Origin: Bacillota bacterium
GTDB taxonomy: Bacteria; Bacillota; DTU025
Direction of reading: 5' to 3'
Assembly (NCBI GenBank): GCA_019136685.1
Contig: JAGVTS010000064.1
Location: 3,087 to 67,086 of the forward strand
Length of the DNA stretch: 64,000 bases
Numbering within the stretch: the first letter of the stretch is position 1; every line of letters begins with the position of its first letter. Of the stretch, positions 19,481 through 29,259 are shown in pieces. A program made the translations under genes and the position numbers. A model generated the notes under the pieces. That model worked only from the letters and a program-made list of their open reading frames with translations. It searched no databases and had not been told where the DNA came from.

Positions 19481-20799
19481 TGACAGCCGGTCGGCCTTGC
19501 CGCCGCGATGCCGAGCGGTCTTTGGTGGGCACTGTCATGTTGCTTGCCGGGCTTTCCGGAGCTTCGCTTTCGCTCGCGAGATCCGGCAGCGTATTCGGAT
19601 TGGACACCGTGCTCTGTTTCGCCGCAGGCGTGGCTTTTGCCGCTGCTCATCTGTTACTCGCTGCGGCGCGATTCGACGGTGATCAGGTCATCTCAGCGTT
19701 AGTTGCGGCGGCCGCGGCTACCGGGTATGCCTCGGTCTTGAGGCTCCGGTCCGATCTCGCCCTCCGACAGCTGTCATTCATCTGGATCGGGGCCGGCGTG
19801 ATGGTTGCCGCGGCGCTCTGGCAGTGGAAGGGCAGGGCCTCGGGCTCGGGAATGGCGCTAGCGGTGGGGGCCGCGGCGTTGCTCCTGGCCACGCTGGTGC
19901 TGGGGCAGGAGCGCGGGGGGGCTAGGTCGTGGATATTCATAGGCGGCATGGGCTTTCAGCCCTCAGAGTTTGCAAAAATCGCGTGCGTGTTGGCTGGGGC
20001 AGATGCCCTATCGGCGCTGCCCGCATGTAGAGAGGCGCCGTCGCCGTCAGCAGCGCCCCATCGCGCCGGCCTGGGCCAGATGTGGGCACTAAGGCCGGTG
20101 AGAATGCTCTTTTTGATCTGGTCCGTAATTGTGGCCTTCACAGTGTTTCAGCGCGACGTGGGCACCGCCGCAATCATCTACATATCGTGCGTCGCCCTTG
20201 TCTATGTAGCGTCGGGCAACCGACTTGTTGTGATCGGCTCCGCGGCGCTGGGCGCGGCAGGTGTGGCGATGGCCTGCAAGTTCTTCCCACACGTAGGAGT
20301 GAGGTTCGCTGCGTGGTCGAATCCGTGGGCGGATGCTGCCGGTTCATCCTATCAGGTGGTCCAGGCATTCTACGCGCTAGGAAGCGGAGGCATGCTCGGC
20401 CGTGGCTATGGCTCCGGCTCACCGTGGCTGATTCCGGCGGCGCCCACCGACATGTTGTTCGCCGCGTCCGCTGAGGAGATTGGGCTTGCGGGATCGCTGG
20501 GGGTAATTGCTATATACTTCCTGTTAATCGGTCACGCCTACGCCTGCGCCATGCGAGGGAGATCGCCTCGCCAGCGGCTGGCCGCAGTGGGGGCCGCCAA
20601 CATCCTGGCGGTGCAGGCTTTTGTCATTATCGGAGGGAATCTGGGCGTTTTGCCGCTGACCGGGGTCACGTTGCCGTTTGCCAGCTACGGCGGTAGCTCG
20701 ATGATCGCAAGCCTCGCCCTGGCCGGCATCCTTTTGGGCGCCACGGCCCGCACAGACGCCGGCGGCGATTACGATAGCAGCGGCGGTGACGGCCCGTGA
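19477..20799 (+). CDS. rodA: SEDS-family peptidoglycan glycosyltransferase (RodA/FtsW family)
   Basis: SEDS motifs (FQPSEFAKI..., ...GVLPLTGVTLPFASYGGSSM). ATGA overlap with the stp stop. Confidence 0.8.
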   Translation: MMTAGRPCRRDAERSLVGTVMLLAGLSGASLSLARSGSVFGLDTVLCFAAGVAFAAAHLLLAAARFDGDQVISALVAAAAATGYASVLRLRSDLALRQLSFIWIGAGVMVAAALWQWKGRASGSGMALAVGAAALLLATLVLGQERGGARSWIFIGGMGFQPSEFAKIACVLAGADALSALPACREAPSPSAAPHRAGLGQMWALRPVRMLFLIWSVIVAFTVFQRDVGTAAIIYISCVALVYVASGNRLVVIGSAALGAAGVAMACKFFPHVGVRFAAWSNPWADAAGSSYQVVQAFYALGSGGMLGRGYGSGSPWLIPAAPTDMLFAASAEEIGLAGSLGVIAIYFLLIGHAYACAMRGRSPRQRLAAVGAANILAVQAFVIIGGNLGVLPLTGVTLPFASYGGSSMIASLALAGILLGATARTDAGGDYDSSGGDGP

Positions 20800-22178
20800 A
20801 CCACAGGATAAGCAGGTTGCTCGGAGCATGGATGGTCGGTTGCGCTGTGCTGGCTCTGGCCGCCACTTACTACCAGGCCGTCACGGCCGACAGGCTTGCG
20901 GCGAGCCCGGCTAACCCGCGTATTGCCAATGCGGAAAAAGGTATCTGGCGTGGGAGTATTGTGGATCGCAACGGAGAGGTTCTAGCGGAATCGCTCGAAC
21001 GCGGAGCTGACTCACGGGTCTACCGCGGGCCCGGCTCTCTGGCGCCGCTTGTAGGGTACGCCCATCCGACGCTTGGTAAGTCGGGCCTGGAATCCACGAT
21101 GGACCCATGGCTTACGGGAAGAGGTTGGTCGTACAGCCGAACCGGCTTGCTCTCAACCATCTCGCGCCAGCCAGAGCGGGGCTACTCGGTGCGGCTCACC
21201 ATAGACTCGCACACACAGCGCGCGTGCGAGGCAGCGCTTGCGGGGCGACGCGGGGCTGCAGTTGTTTTGGATGCCGCGAATGGCGAGGTGCTGGCCGCAG
21301 CCAGTTGCCCGTGGTTCCATCCGGCACTGCTGGAATCGGCATGGGATACTGTGATAGCGCGGGAGGACTCGCCGTTGATATGCAGGCCGCTCGCCGGTCT
21401 GTATCCGCCGGGCTCCACCATCAAGCCGGCGATAGCAGGGGCAGCCATCGACATGGGTTTGGCAAGCAGTGGAACAGTATATGATTGCCGAGGCTCGATC
21501 CGTGCAGGGGGCGCCATCATCAGCGACGCCGCCGGTGCTCACGGCAGTATCGACTTGGGCACAGCCATTGCGCTCTCGTGCAATACGGCCTTCGTCCATC
21601 TGGCGCTGGAGGCAGGGGCCCGTCTTCCGGAAGCCCTCGGCAAGTTCTACTTGTCCAGGTCGCTGCCGCTCGACGCGCCTATGGCCGCGGGAACGCTCTC
21701 GGGCGAGGCTAGCGACGAGGCCCTGGGCCAGCTGGCCATCGGCCAAGGCGATCTGGTGGTGACGCCGCTTCATGTGGCGATGATTGCGGCCGCGGTTGTC
21801 AATCACGGAGTGATGATGCGCCCTCGCCTCGTCGCGGAGATATACTCCGACAGCGGGGCGGTGGTGAAGCGCTCCAGCCCTGGTGTGTTGGGCGTGCCCA
21901 TGACGGCGGAAGCCGCCCGTATCGTAGCCGGCGGAATGCTGGAGGCAGTGGAATGGGGCACTGCCCGAGCGGCGAATCTTCCGGATTACGTGGTGGGCGG
22001 CAAGACGGGCACTGCCGAGAACCCGCACGGGGCGCCGCACGCATGGTTCGCAGGCTTCACCCAGCACGCGGGGAGGAAAGTGGCCTTGGCCATCATTATC
22101 GAGAACGGGGGCTCCGGCGGGCAGGTCGCAGCGCCCTTGGCCGGCAGCGTATTCAGAGCAGTCTTGAGCGGGAGGTGA
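20796..22178 (+). CDS. pbpA: class B penicillin-binding protein (transpeptidase, PBP2/PbpA-type)
   Basis: SxxK (GSTIKP), SxN (LSCNTAF), KTG (GGKTGTAE). GTGA overlap with the SEDS stop. Confidence 0.85.
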   Translation: MNHRISRLLGAWMVGCAVLALAATYYQAVTADRLAASPANPRIANAEKGIWRGSIVDRNGEVLAESLERGADSRVYRGPGSLAPLVGYAHPTLGKSGLESTMDPWLTGRGWSYSRTGLLSTISRQPERGYSVRLTIDSHTQRACEAALAGRRGAAVVLDAANGEVLAAASCPWFHPALLESAWDTVIAREDSPLICRPLAGLYPPGSTIKPAIAGAAIDMGLASSGTVYDCRGSIRAGGAIISDAAGAHGSIDLGTAIALSCNTAFVHLALEAGARLPEALGKFYLSRSLPLDAPMAAGTLSGEASDEALGQLAIGQGDLVVTPLHVAMIAAAVVNHGVMMRPRLVAEIYSDSGAVVKRSSPGVLGVPMTAEAARIVAGGMLEAVEWGTARAANLPDYVVGGKTGTAENPHGAPHAWFAGFTQHAGRKVALAIIIENGGSGGQVAAPLAGSVFRAVLSGR

Positions 22179-22182
22179 GGGA

Positions 22183-24150
22183 GTGACCGGCGAACTCCTG
22201 GGTGGCAGGTATTCTATTCTCGACACAATAGGCGAAGGCGGCATGGCTACAGTCTACCGTGCCACGGACGCATTCCTACAACGAACAGTCGCTATTAAGG
22301 TGCTCAGGCCGCAGTATGCATCGGACGCTGAGTTTCGTGAGAGATTCAGACGGGAGGCCCAGAGCGCCGCGGCTCTATCTCACCCCAACATCGTCAATGT
22401 GTACGATGTGGGCCGGGAAGGCGGATCCAACTACATCGTCATGGAATGTGTAGACGGTCGGACACTCAACGATATCATAGTGAGCGAGGGCAGGCTCAGT
22501 GCGGACCGGACCGCCGATTACGGCACGCAGATACTTGACGCACTAGATCACGCGCACGCCAACGGAGTCATCCACCGCGACATAAAGCCGCACAACATAC
22601 TGATAACGCGCGATGGGCGAGTGAAAGTGACTGACTTCGGCATAGCGCGGGCGGTGTCGGCGAGCGCTCTTACCGAGACGGGCAGAGTCATCGGAACGGT
22701 GAACTACACCTCTCCTGAGCAGGCACGCGGGGCTCCAGCTACTGCGGAGTCCGACATTTACTCACTGGGTGTAGTGATGTATGAGATGCTCACGGGCAAG
22801 CTGCCTTTCGCCGGCGACACGCCGGTGGCAGTCGCCCTCAAACACGTGCAGGAAGAACCGGCCCCGATTTCTCTCTTGAACCCGGCTGTTCCGCCCGAGT
22901 TCGAGCGCGTAGTCATGCGTGCGCTGGCTAAGAACCCTGAGGATCGATGGCGAACGGCCCGGTCCTTCAAACATGCGATTGCCCGCGCTCGCCAGGAAAT
23001 AGCCGACGGCGGGCAACGAGCGCCGCTTCCCGCTGTGGGCACGGAGCGTGAGGTCCCGCCGGCGAGGCAGCTCCACGACGAGCACAACATCACCAGGCCG
23101 TTCGAGAAGACGGGGGAGGCCTTCGAAGTGCAACGCGACGATCCTAAACGTTCCCGGCGGCAGCCCGCGCCCGAAGGCGCCCGATCACGGCGCCTCAGGA
23201 TCTGGGCTACCGTAGTGGTATTCATGTTGCTGATGGCGGGCGCGGTCTTTGGCGCGCTTCACGCGTTCAGAGAATGGATCCAGGTGGAGGAGGTTGCTGT
23301 GCCCGAGCTCGTTGGGCTGACTCTTCCAGAGGCTGAGGGGGTCGTAAGGCGTAACCGACTTGCTCTGGATGCATCGGTCAAGCGCTATGACGACAAAGTG
23401 GAGTACAACCGGATCATCTCGCAGGACCCTGCGCCAGGTGTGAAGCGCAAGGTGCATTCGGTGGTGCGTGCTGTAGTCAGCTTGGGTCCGGAGATGGTGA
23501 CGGTGCCCGACCTGTTCAACAAGACCGAGCGGGAGGCACGATTCGAGCTGGAGGGACTCAACATCGCTCTGGGCGAGAAGACCGACGGGTATCACGAGGA
23601 AGTGCAGCCCGGCAGGATAATCGAGCAGAAGCCGGAGGCGGGCATGTATGTTTCCAAGGGGTCACGGATTGACGTCGTCATCTCGGTGGGTCCTCCGCCT
23701 CCGCCGCCCGAGGTGCCTTTGGTTATCGGGATGACCCTGGAGAAAGCAACAGAGACGCTGAGCGCCCTGGGCCTTGCAGTGGGCGAGGTGAAGACGAGGT
23801 TCAGCATCCTCTACCAGGAAGGAACGGTTGTTGACCAGTCGCCCGCTCCCTATGTGCAGGCAGAGCCGGGCACGACTGTGGACTTGGTCGTGGCTGAACG
23901 GAATAGGGAAGGCGATGGATCCACGTCCTATCTGGGGTCGCGCCGATTCGCAGTCACCTACACCGTTCCGCCTGGCCCCTCCATGCAGGAGATAGTGATC
24001 AAAGTCATCGATACCTACGGCGAACGGACCAGCTATGGCCCCCGCTCGCACAGTCCTGGCGATAACATAGCCCATGTAGTGGAGGTATTTGGACCCGGGA
24101 AGATAGAGGTGTGGGTAGATGGACGTCCGGTGAGAGCCGACGATGTATGA
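22183..24150 (+). CDS. prkC: Ser/Thr protein kinase with C-terminal PASTA repeats (PrkC/PknB-type)
   Basis: Kinase subdomains (GGMATVYRA, AIK, HRDIKPHNIL, DFGIA), TM helix, three PASTA-like repeats and an extra C-terminal domain. Confidence 0.9.
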   Translation: MTGELLGGRYSILDTIGEGGMATVYRATDAFLQRTVAIKVLRPQYASDAEFRERFRREAQSAAALSHPNIVNVYDVGREGGSNYIVMECVDGRTLNDIIVSEGRLSADRTADYGTQILDALDHAHANGVIHRDIKPHNILITRDGRVKVTDFGIARAVSASALTETGRVIGTVNYTSPEQARGAPATAESDIYSLGVVMYEMLTGKLPFAGDTPVAVALKHVQEEPAPISLLNPAVPPEFERVVMRALAKNPEDRWRTARSFKHAIARARQEIADGGQRAPLPAVGTEREVPPARQLHDEHNITRPFEKTGEAFEVQRDDPKRSRRQPAPEGARSRRLRIWATVVVFMLLMAGAVFGALHAFREWIQVEEVAVPELVGLTLPEAEGVVRRNRLALDASVKRYDDKVEYNRIISQDPAPGVKRKVHSVVRAVVSLGPEMVTVPDLFNKTEREARFELEGLNIALGEKTDGYHEEVQPGRIIEQKPEAGMYVSKGSRIDVVISVGPPPPPPEVPLVIGMTLEKATETLSALGLAVGEVKTRFSILYQEGTVVDQSPAPYVQAEPGTTVDLVVAERNREGDGSTSYLGSRRFAVTYTVPPGPSMQEIVIKVIDTYGERTSYGPRSHSPGDNIAHVVEVFGPGKIEVWVDGRPVRADDV

Positions 24151-25168
24151 TACCGGCATTGTGGTGAGGCTGACCGGCGGCATCTGCTGGGTGCTCGCAG
24201 ACGCGGGCGGTGAGGCCGTACGCTGCGCTGCCCGCGGCAATGTCAGAAAACGCGCAGGCGGAGTGGCGGTGGGCGATCGCGTTCGCATATCCCGCGAGCC
24301 AGGCGGCGAAGACGGGGTGCTGGAAGAGGTGCTGCCCAGGCTGACGTATTTGATCCGCCCTCAAGTGGCCAATGTGGATCAGGCGATTGTGGTGATGTCC
24401 GTTGCCCGGCCCGAACCCAATCTGCATCTGCTCGACAGGCTGCTTGTGCTGGTGGAGCACTCACACTTGGACGCTGTGGTCTGCTTCACCAAAGCCGATC
24501 TGGCATGCCCGGGCGAAGGCGAACGCCTGGTCGATTCCTACTCCCGTGCAGGCTACAGGGCGATCCTAACGAGCGCCCGCGCGCGTCAGGGCATTCGCGA
24601 GTTATCCGCAGCGCTCGCAGGCAAGACGTCCGTATTTGCCGGGCCCTCGGGCGCCGGCAAGTCGGCGCTGCTCAACGCGGTTCAGCCAGGCCACAACCTG
24701 GCTGAAGGCGAGCTCTCCACGCGCATAGGTAGAGGGCGTCACACCACGAGAGAGGTCCGTCTCATCCCGTTGGACGTGGGAGGCACAGTCGCTGATACGC
24801 CGGGCTTTTCTGTCCTCGACATCGAGTCAATCAAACCTCGCGATCTCGCTACGGCTTTTCGCGAGATGCGCGAATACGTCGAGGGATGCAGGTTCGCTGG
24901 ATGTGTGCATGACGCTGAGCCGGAATGCGCTGTTAAGCAGGCGGTGGAGGAAGGCAAGATAGGGCAGGGTAGATACGAGCGATACTTGATGTTCCTGGAG
25001 TCTACAGCAAGCATGCCCAGAGAGAGAGGGTGTTGGCGTGGCTCAGCTCAAAGTGGCTCCGTCCATTTTGTCGGCGGATTTCGCGCGGCTTTCCGCGGAG
25101 ATCGGCAGAGTGTCGGCATCTGCCGACATGTTGCACGTGGACGTAATGGACGGAAGATTCGTTCCTAA
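24143..25168 (+). CDS. rsgA: ribosome small-subunit-dependent GTPase RsgA/CpgA
   Basis: Circularly permuted GTPase: G4 ...FTKADL, G1 GPSGAGKSALLNAV, DTPGF, C-terminal zinc finger CRFAGCVHDAEPEC. ATGA overlap with the prkC stop. The last ~43 codons overlap rpe out of frame. Confidence 0.85.
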   Translation: MYDTGIVVRLTGGICWVLADAGGEAVRCAARGNVRKRAGGVAVGDRVRISREPGGEDGVLEEVLPRLTYLIRPQVANVDQAIVVMSVARPEPNLHLLDRLLVLVEHSHLDAVVCFTKADLACPGEGERLVDSYSRAGYRAILTSARARQGIRELSAALAGKTSVFAGPSGAGKSALLNAVQPGHNLAEGELSTRIGRGRHTTREVRLIPLDVGGTVADTPGFSVLDIESIKPRDLATAFREMREYVEGCRFAGCVHDAEPECAVKQAVEEGKIGQGRYERYLMFLESTASMPRERGCWRGSAQSGSVHFVGGFRAAFRGDRQSVGICRHVARGRNGRKIRS

Positions 25169-25715
25169 CATCACGATAGGCCCTCCGGTGGTCAAGAGTA
25201 TCAGGCGGGCCACCCGGCTTCCGCTGGACGTGCACCTGATGATAGTCGAGCCGGAGAGGCACGTGCAAGCTTTCGTGGACGCCGGCGCCGACATCATATC
25301 GGTACATGCCGAAGCCACATTCCATCTCAACAGGCTGCTCGGCGAGATCCGATCGTCAGGATGCCGCGCTGCGGTGGCCATAAACCCCGCAACGGGCCTC
25401 GGCGCAGTAGAGCACGTGCTGCACATGGTGGACATGGTGCTAGTCATGACGGTAAACCCTGGGTTTGGCGGCCAGCGCATGATCGAGGAAGCGCTCGTCA
25501 AAGTGAGCGAACTTCGCGACATAGCCGAACGGCGAGGGCTTTCTTTGGATATCCAGGTGGATGGGGGGATCACTGAGGGTACTGTTGCCCAGGCAGCTCT
25601 GGCAGGCGCCAACGTGTTTGTCGCCGGCAGCTACGTGTTTGGCGCAGTGGATCCAGATGATGCCGTGGCTAGGCTAAAATTGGAAGCCGGGAAGGCACTG
25701 GCGCAGAAGTCGTAG
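25038..25715 (+). CDS. rpe: ribulose-phosphate 3-epimerase
   Basis: N-terminal MAQLKVAPSILSADFARL and MVNPGFGGQ motifs. GTG start preceded by GAGAGAGGG. Confidence 0.9.
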   Translation: MAQLKVAPSILSADFARLSAEIGRVSASADMLHVDVMDGRFVPNITIGPPVVKSIRRATRLPLDVHLMIVEPERHVQAFVDAGADIISVHAEATFHLNRLLGEIRSSGCRAAVAINPATGLGAVEHVLHMVDMVLVMTVNPGFGGQRMIEEALVKVSELRDIAERRGLSLDIQVDGGITEGTVAQAALAGANVFVAGSYVFGAVDPDDAVARLKLEAGKALAQKS

Positions 25716-25816
25716 CGTGCCATTCCTGCCGGGTCATTACAGAGGGGCCCGCGGGACCCGTGTGATATAATCATCCGTGCAGCTTGAGGGCTGTTTACCA
25801 GAGGGGAGGGTACGCC

Positions 25817-26419
25817 TTGAAGCTACCGGATGTGAATGTGAAACTAGTGGCGGCAAGCCTGGCTGTCGCCCTGGCTCTGCTTTTCGGAGGAAACGCGCTT
25901 GTTCGCATGACTAGAGTTTCGATTCCCGTGGAACGCGCGCTGCGACAGATGGCTGAGGTCAAGTCGTATTCGATTGAATCAACCCCATACGGCGCCGTGC
26001 TCAACGTCGAACTCGGCGATGTGTCGGAGCTTTCTGAAACAGTCATGAAGGTAACCATGGCCGCTGCGCATCTTGCCGGGCGAGACGGCGTATGGATACG
26101 CATTCTGGATTCCCGCGACGACACTCTACGGGACGTGTACCATCGTCTCCATTTCTCATTGCAGGAGGCCATAGCTACTGGTTCGTTCGAAGACCTAGAG
26201 CGCACGTCCGAGCAGTCGGCGCGCGAGGCGGGCATCTCGGGCGCCAGGATTGTGGTAGACTCAGAGTACGTATATGTGTCCATGTCACACGGCGCAAGCC
26301 GGCTGTACGAAGTGGTTCCCCGGCGGCCGTATGAAACCGGCGCCGTGACCGGCTCGACTTCGGTCGCGCGGTCCGATTCCCGCTCCTTTGGGGCCGCGGG
26401 AGGTGTGCGCATATGGTAA
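25817..26419 (+). CDS. hypothetical N-terminally membrane-anchored protein (about 200 aa)
   Basis: TTG 25817 preceded by GAGGGGAGGG. N-terminal TM (LVAASLAVALALLFGG). Stop overlaps the start of the downstream FtsH-like gene (ATGGTAA). No motif recognised. Confidence 0.45.
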   Translation: MKLPDVNVKLVAASLAVALALLFGGNALVRMTRVSIPVERALRQMAEVKSYSIESTPYGAVLNVELGDVSELSETVMKVTMAAAHLAGRDGVWIRILDSRDDTLRDVYHRLHFSLQEAIATGSFEDLERTSEQSAREAGISGARIVVDSEYVYVSMSHGASRLYEVVPRRPYETGAVTGSTSVARSDSRSFGAAGGVRIW

Positions 26420-27903
26420 GGGACATCGCAATCGGTGCATGGGCTGCGGCTCTGATCTTCTGTTTGATTGCCGGGTACGATCCGGCCCTGGTTGTGTTGG
26501 CCGGCGGGGTGGCTGCTCTTGCGCAATTGCTCCTGTCGGGGCGCATTGTCGGCCAGCGGTTTGAGTTCGCAGGACGAGCCTGCGCCGGGCAGAAAGCGCC
26601 CGCTCTGACCTTTGGAGACGTGGGAGGACAGGAGACTGCCAAGCGTGAGCTTGTAGAGGCCCTGGAGTTCATAAAGAACGAAGACACCGCGGTGCATCTG
26701 GGGATACGCCCGCTCCGCGGCATACTGCTGAGCGGACCGCCCGGCACGGGGAAGACTCTTCTCGCCAGAGCTGCCGCGAGTTACACGGATGCAGTGTTCG
26801 TATCCGCAGCCGGCAGCGATTTCGTGGAGATGTACGCGGGCATCGGAGCCAAGCGCGTGCGCGACCTGTTTGGCACGGCGCGCGCCACAGCAGTCGCTCA
26901 GCGCAAGAAGACGGCAGTCATATTTATAGACGAAATAGACGTGCTGGGCGGTGTGCGCGGCAAGCACTCCAGCCATCTGGAGTACGACCAGACCCTCAAC
27001 CAGCTGCTAGTAGAGATGGACGGGCTGGTGTCGGCATCTCGCGACGGGGTGAGAGTGCTGGTCATAGGCGCCACGAACCGCGCCGATCTGCTGGACCCGG
27101 CGCTGCTCAGGCCGGGCAGGTTCGACAGGGTAGTCAGTGTGGACCTGCCTGATCGTGAAGGACGCCGCCGCATACTGGAGATACACACCAAGCGGAAGCC
27201 ACTGGCGGATGATGTAGACCTCGGGCGCGTTGCAGCCGAAGCCTTCGGCTTCTCCGGCGCCTACTTGGAGAGCCTGACCAATGAAGCAGCGATCATGGCG
27301 CTGCGAGCCGGAAGGGCCCGCATAACCATGGACGACTTCTCCGAGGCGATGGAGAAGGTGATCATGGGCGAGAAGATCAACAGGCGCCCGGATGTAGACG
27401 AGCTGCTCAGAGTGGCAGTACACGAGGTCGGTCACGCAGTTGCGAGCGAACGGTTGAGGCCGGGCTCAGTGGCTGCGGTCACCGTATCGTCGCGCGGAAA
27501 GGCTCTGGGGTACGTGCGGCAGGCGCCGAAGTCCGACACATATCTGGAGACCCGTATGGAGCTGGAGAACAGGATGTCCACGTTGCTTGCGGGCGCTGTG
27601 TCGGAGGAACTGATCCTGGGCGAGCGTAGCACCGGGGCGGCGCAGGACATTGAACAGGCTGTGGAGACGGCGCGCAAGATCGTCAATTGCGGCCTGTCGG
27701 ACCTAGGGATAATCAGCGAAGAGGATATTCCGCGCGACAAATACCATGAGGCCATATGGCGCCTGGTGAGGGCGCAAGAAGACCGCACCCGGTCTTTGCT
27801 GGGTGAATACTCGGAGCTGATTCGGGAGATTGCCGGCGACCTCATGGATGCGGAGAGAATAGACGGAGACGCTTTCAGGGACCGGCTGGCCCGGACGGCG
27901 TGA
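26413..27903 (+). CDS. short FtsH-family AAA+ zinc metalloprotease paralog (N-terminal TM hairpin, no periplasmic domain)
   Basis: AAA Walker A GPPGTGKT, Walker B IFIDEID, second region of homology [21 protein letters not shown]41 zinc site HEVGHAV. Only ~50 aa precede the AAA module. Confidence 0.75.
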   Translation: MVRDIAIGAWAAALIFCLIAGYDPALVVLAGGVAALAQLLLSGRIVGQRFEFAGRACAGQKAPALTFGDVGGQETAKRELVEALEFIKNEDTAVHLGIRPLRGILLSGPPGTGKTLLARAAASYTDAVFVSAAGSDFVEMYAGIGAKRVRDLFGTARATAVAQRKKTAVIFIDEIDVLGGVRGKHSSHLEYDQTLNQLLVEMDGLVSASRDGVRVLVIGATNRADLLDPALLRPGRFDRVVSVDLPDREGRRRILEIHTKRKPLADDVDLGRVAAEAFGFSGAYLESLTNEAAIMALRAGRARITMDDFSEAMEKVIMGEKINRRPDVDELLRVAVHEVGHAVASERLRPGSVAAVTVSSRGKALGYVRQAPKSDTYLETRMELENRMSTLLAGAVSEELILGERSTGAAQDIEQAVETARKIVNCGLSDLGIISEEDIPRDKYHEAIWRLVRAQEDRTRSLLGEYSELIREIAGDLMDAERIDGDAFRDRLARTA

Positions 27904-27942
27904 TGCGCGGGCCTGGCGGCGCACAGGGAGGCAAGCTACGAG

Positions 27943-29244
27943 ATGAAGGCGGAGATTCTTTCGGTCGGCACTGAACTACTGTTGGGGCAGATCGTCGACA
28001 CGAACGCTGCATACATCGCGCGCCGACTGGCGGAACTGGGCGTCACTTTGCACCGAAAGACCACTGTAGGCGACAACTTGGTCCGCGTATCGGCTGCCGT
28101 GCGGGAGGCGCTTGAGCGCGCGGACATCGTGATCGCCACCGGCGGCCTGGGGCCGACGGAAGACGACCTCACACGTGAGGCAGTGGCGGAAACGCTGTCG
28201 GTGGGGCTCGTGGAAAGCCCTGAGGTTCTTGCCGACCTGGCGAGGTACTTCGAGGCCCGCGGCGTCCGCATGACTGAGAATAACCGCAGGCAGGCGCGGA
28301 TGCCCGAACCGGGAGCAGGAGGGCTGATACCGAACCCGATGGGCACTGCTCCGGGCGTCCTGTTCGAGTCAGGCGACAAGCGTGTGATATGCATGCCGGG
28401 CGTGCCCCGGGAGATGGAACGGATGATGGACTCCTGGGTCGTGCCGTACCTTCGTAACCGGCAGCGCGGGCCCGGCGGCACTCAGGTGATAAAGTCGAAG
28501 GTTGTGCGGACTTCGGGGATTGGCGAGTCGACTTTGGAAGCGCTCATAGTCGACTTGGCGCACGGGCGCGATAATCCTACGGTAGCTACCTACGCCGGCG
28601 GAGGCGAGTGCCAGGTGAGGATCACTGCCCGGGCCGACTCTCTCGCCGAGGCGGACGCTCTCATACAATCCGTCCTTGCGCTTTTGCGCGCTCGCCTCGG
28701 GTCGCTGGTGTATGGATACGACGCCGACACATTGGAAGAAGCGGTGGGCCGCCTGCTCGCCGGCGCGGGGCTGACTCTTGCGTGCGCTGAGTCGTGCACC
28801 GGAGGGCTGATAGCCGCCATGCTCACCAATGTGCCCGGCAGTTCAGGGTACTTCGACCGTGGCGTCGTTACCTACAGCAACCGCGCCAAGGTCGAGCAAC
28901 TCGGGGTGGAAGAGAAAACCCTGGCCGCGCACGGGGCCGTGAGCCGTGATACTGCAGTCGAGATGGCTACCGGAGTGGCTCGGATTGCCGGTGTGGACAT
29001 CGGCCTTTCGGTGACTGGAGTAGCGGGCCCAGGGGGAGGCACGGATGCCAAGCCCGTCGGCATGGTCCATTTCGCCCTGGCAGACATGTGCCGGCCTTCG
29101 GTGATAACGGCTCGAATGAGGTTCGGAGGCGATCGTGGCGCGGTGCGGACCCGGGCGGCCAAGTTCGCGCTGGATCTCGTGAGGAGGCATCTCGCGGGGG
29201 ATTGCCGGGATCACCCGGCAGATCACCCCGCGACTGGGCAATAA
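27943..29244 (+). CDS. cinA: competence/damage-inducible protein CinA (NMN deamidase family)
   Basis: N-terminal MKAEILSVGTELLLGQIVDTNAAYIARRL and C-terminal CinA domain (SCTGGLIAAMLT). Confidence 0.9.
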   Translation: MKAEILSVGTELLLGQIVDTNAAYIARRLAELGVTLHRKTTVGDNLVRVSAAVREALERADIVIATGGLGPTEDDLTREAVAETLSVGLVESPEVLADLARYFEARGVRMTENNRRQARMPEPGAGGLIPNPMGTAPGVLFESGDKRVICMPGVPREMERMMDSWVVPYLRNRQRGPGGTQVIKSKVVRTSGIGESTLEALIVDLAHGRDNPTVATYAGGGECQVRITARADSLAEADALIQSVLALLRARLGSLVYGYDADTLEEAVGRLLAGAGLTLACAESCTGGLIAAMLTNVPGSSGYFDRGVVTYSNRAKVEQLGVEEKTLAAHGAVSRDTAVEMATGVARIAGVDIGLSVTGVAGPGGGTDAKPVGMVHFALADMCRPSVITARMRFGGDRGAVRTRAAKFALDLVRRHLAGDCRDHPADHPATGQ

Positions 29245-29259
29245 TAACCCGGATGGGCG

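Noticed and set aside
21153-22244. 363-aa ORF on the - strand
   Set aside because: Antisense to the class B PBP and prkC. Arg/His-rich nonsense composition, no motifs; high-GC artefact.
25795-26976. 393-aa ORF on the - strand
   Set aside because: Fully antisense to two well-supported + strand genes (the membrane protein and the FtsH-like protease). Low-complexity Ala/Arg/Ser-rich translation typical of antisense frames in high-GC DNA.
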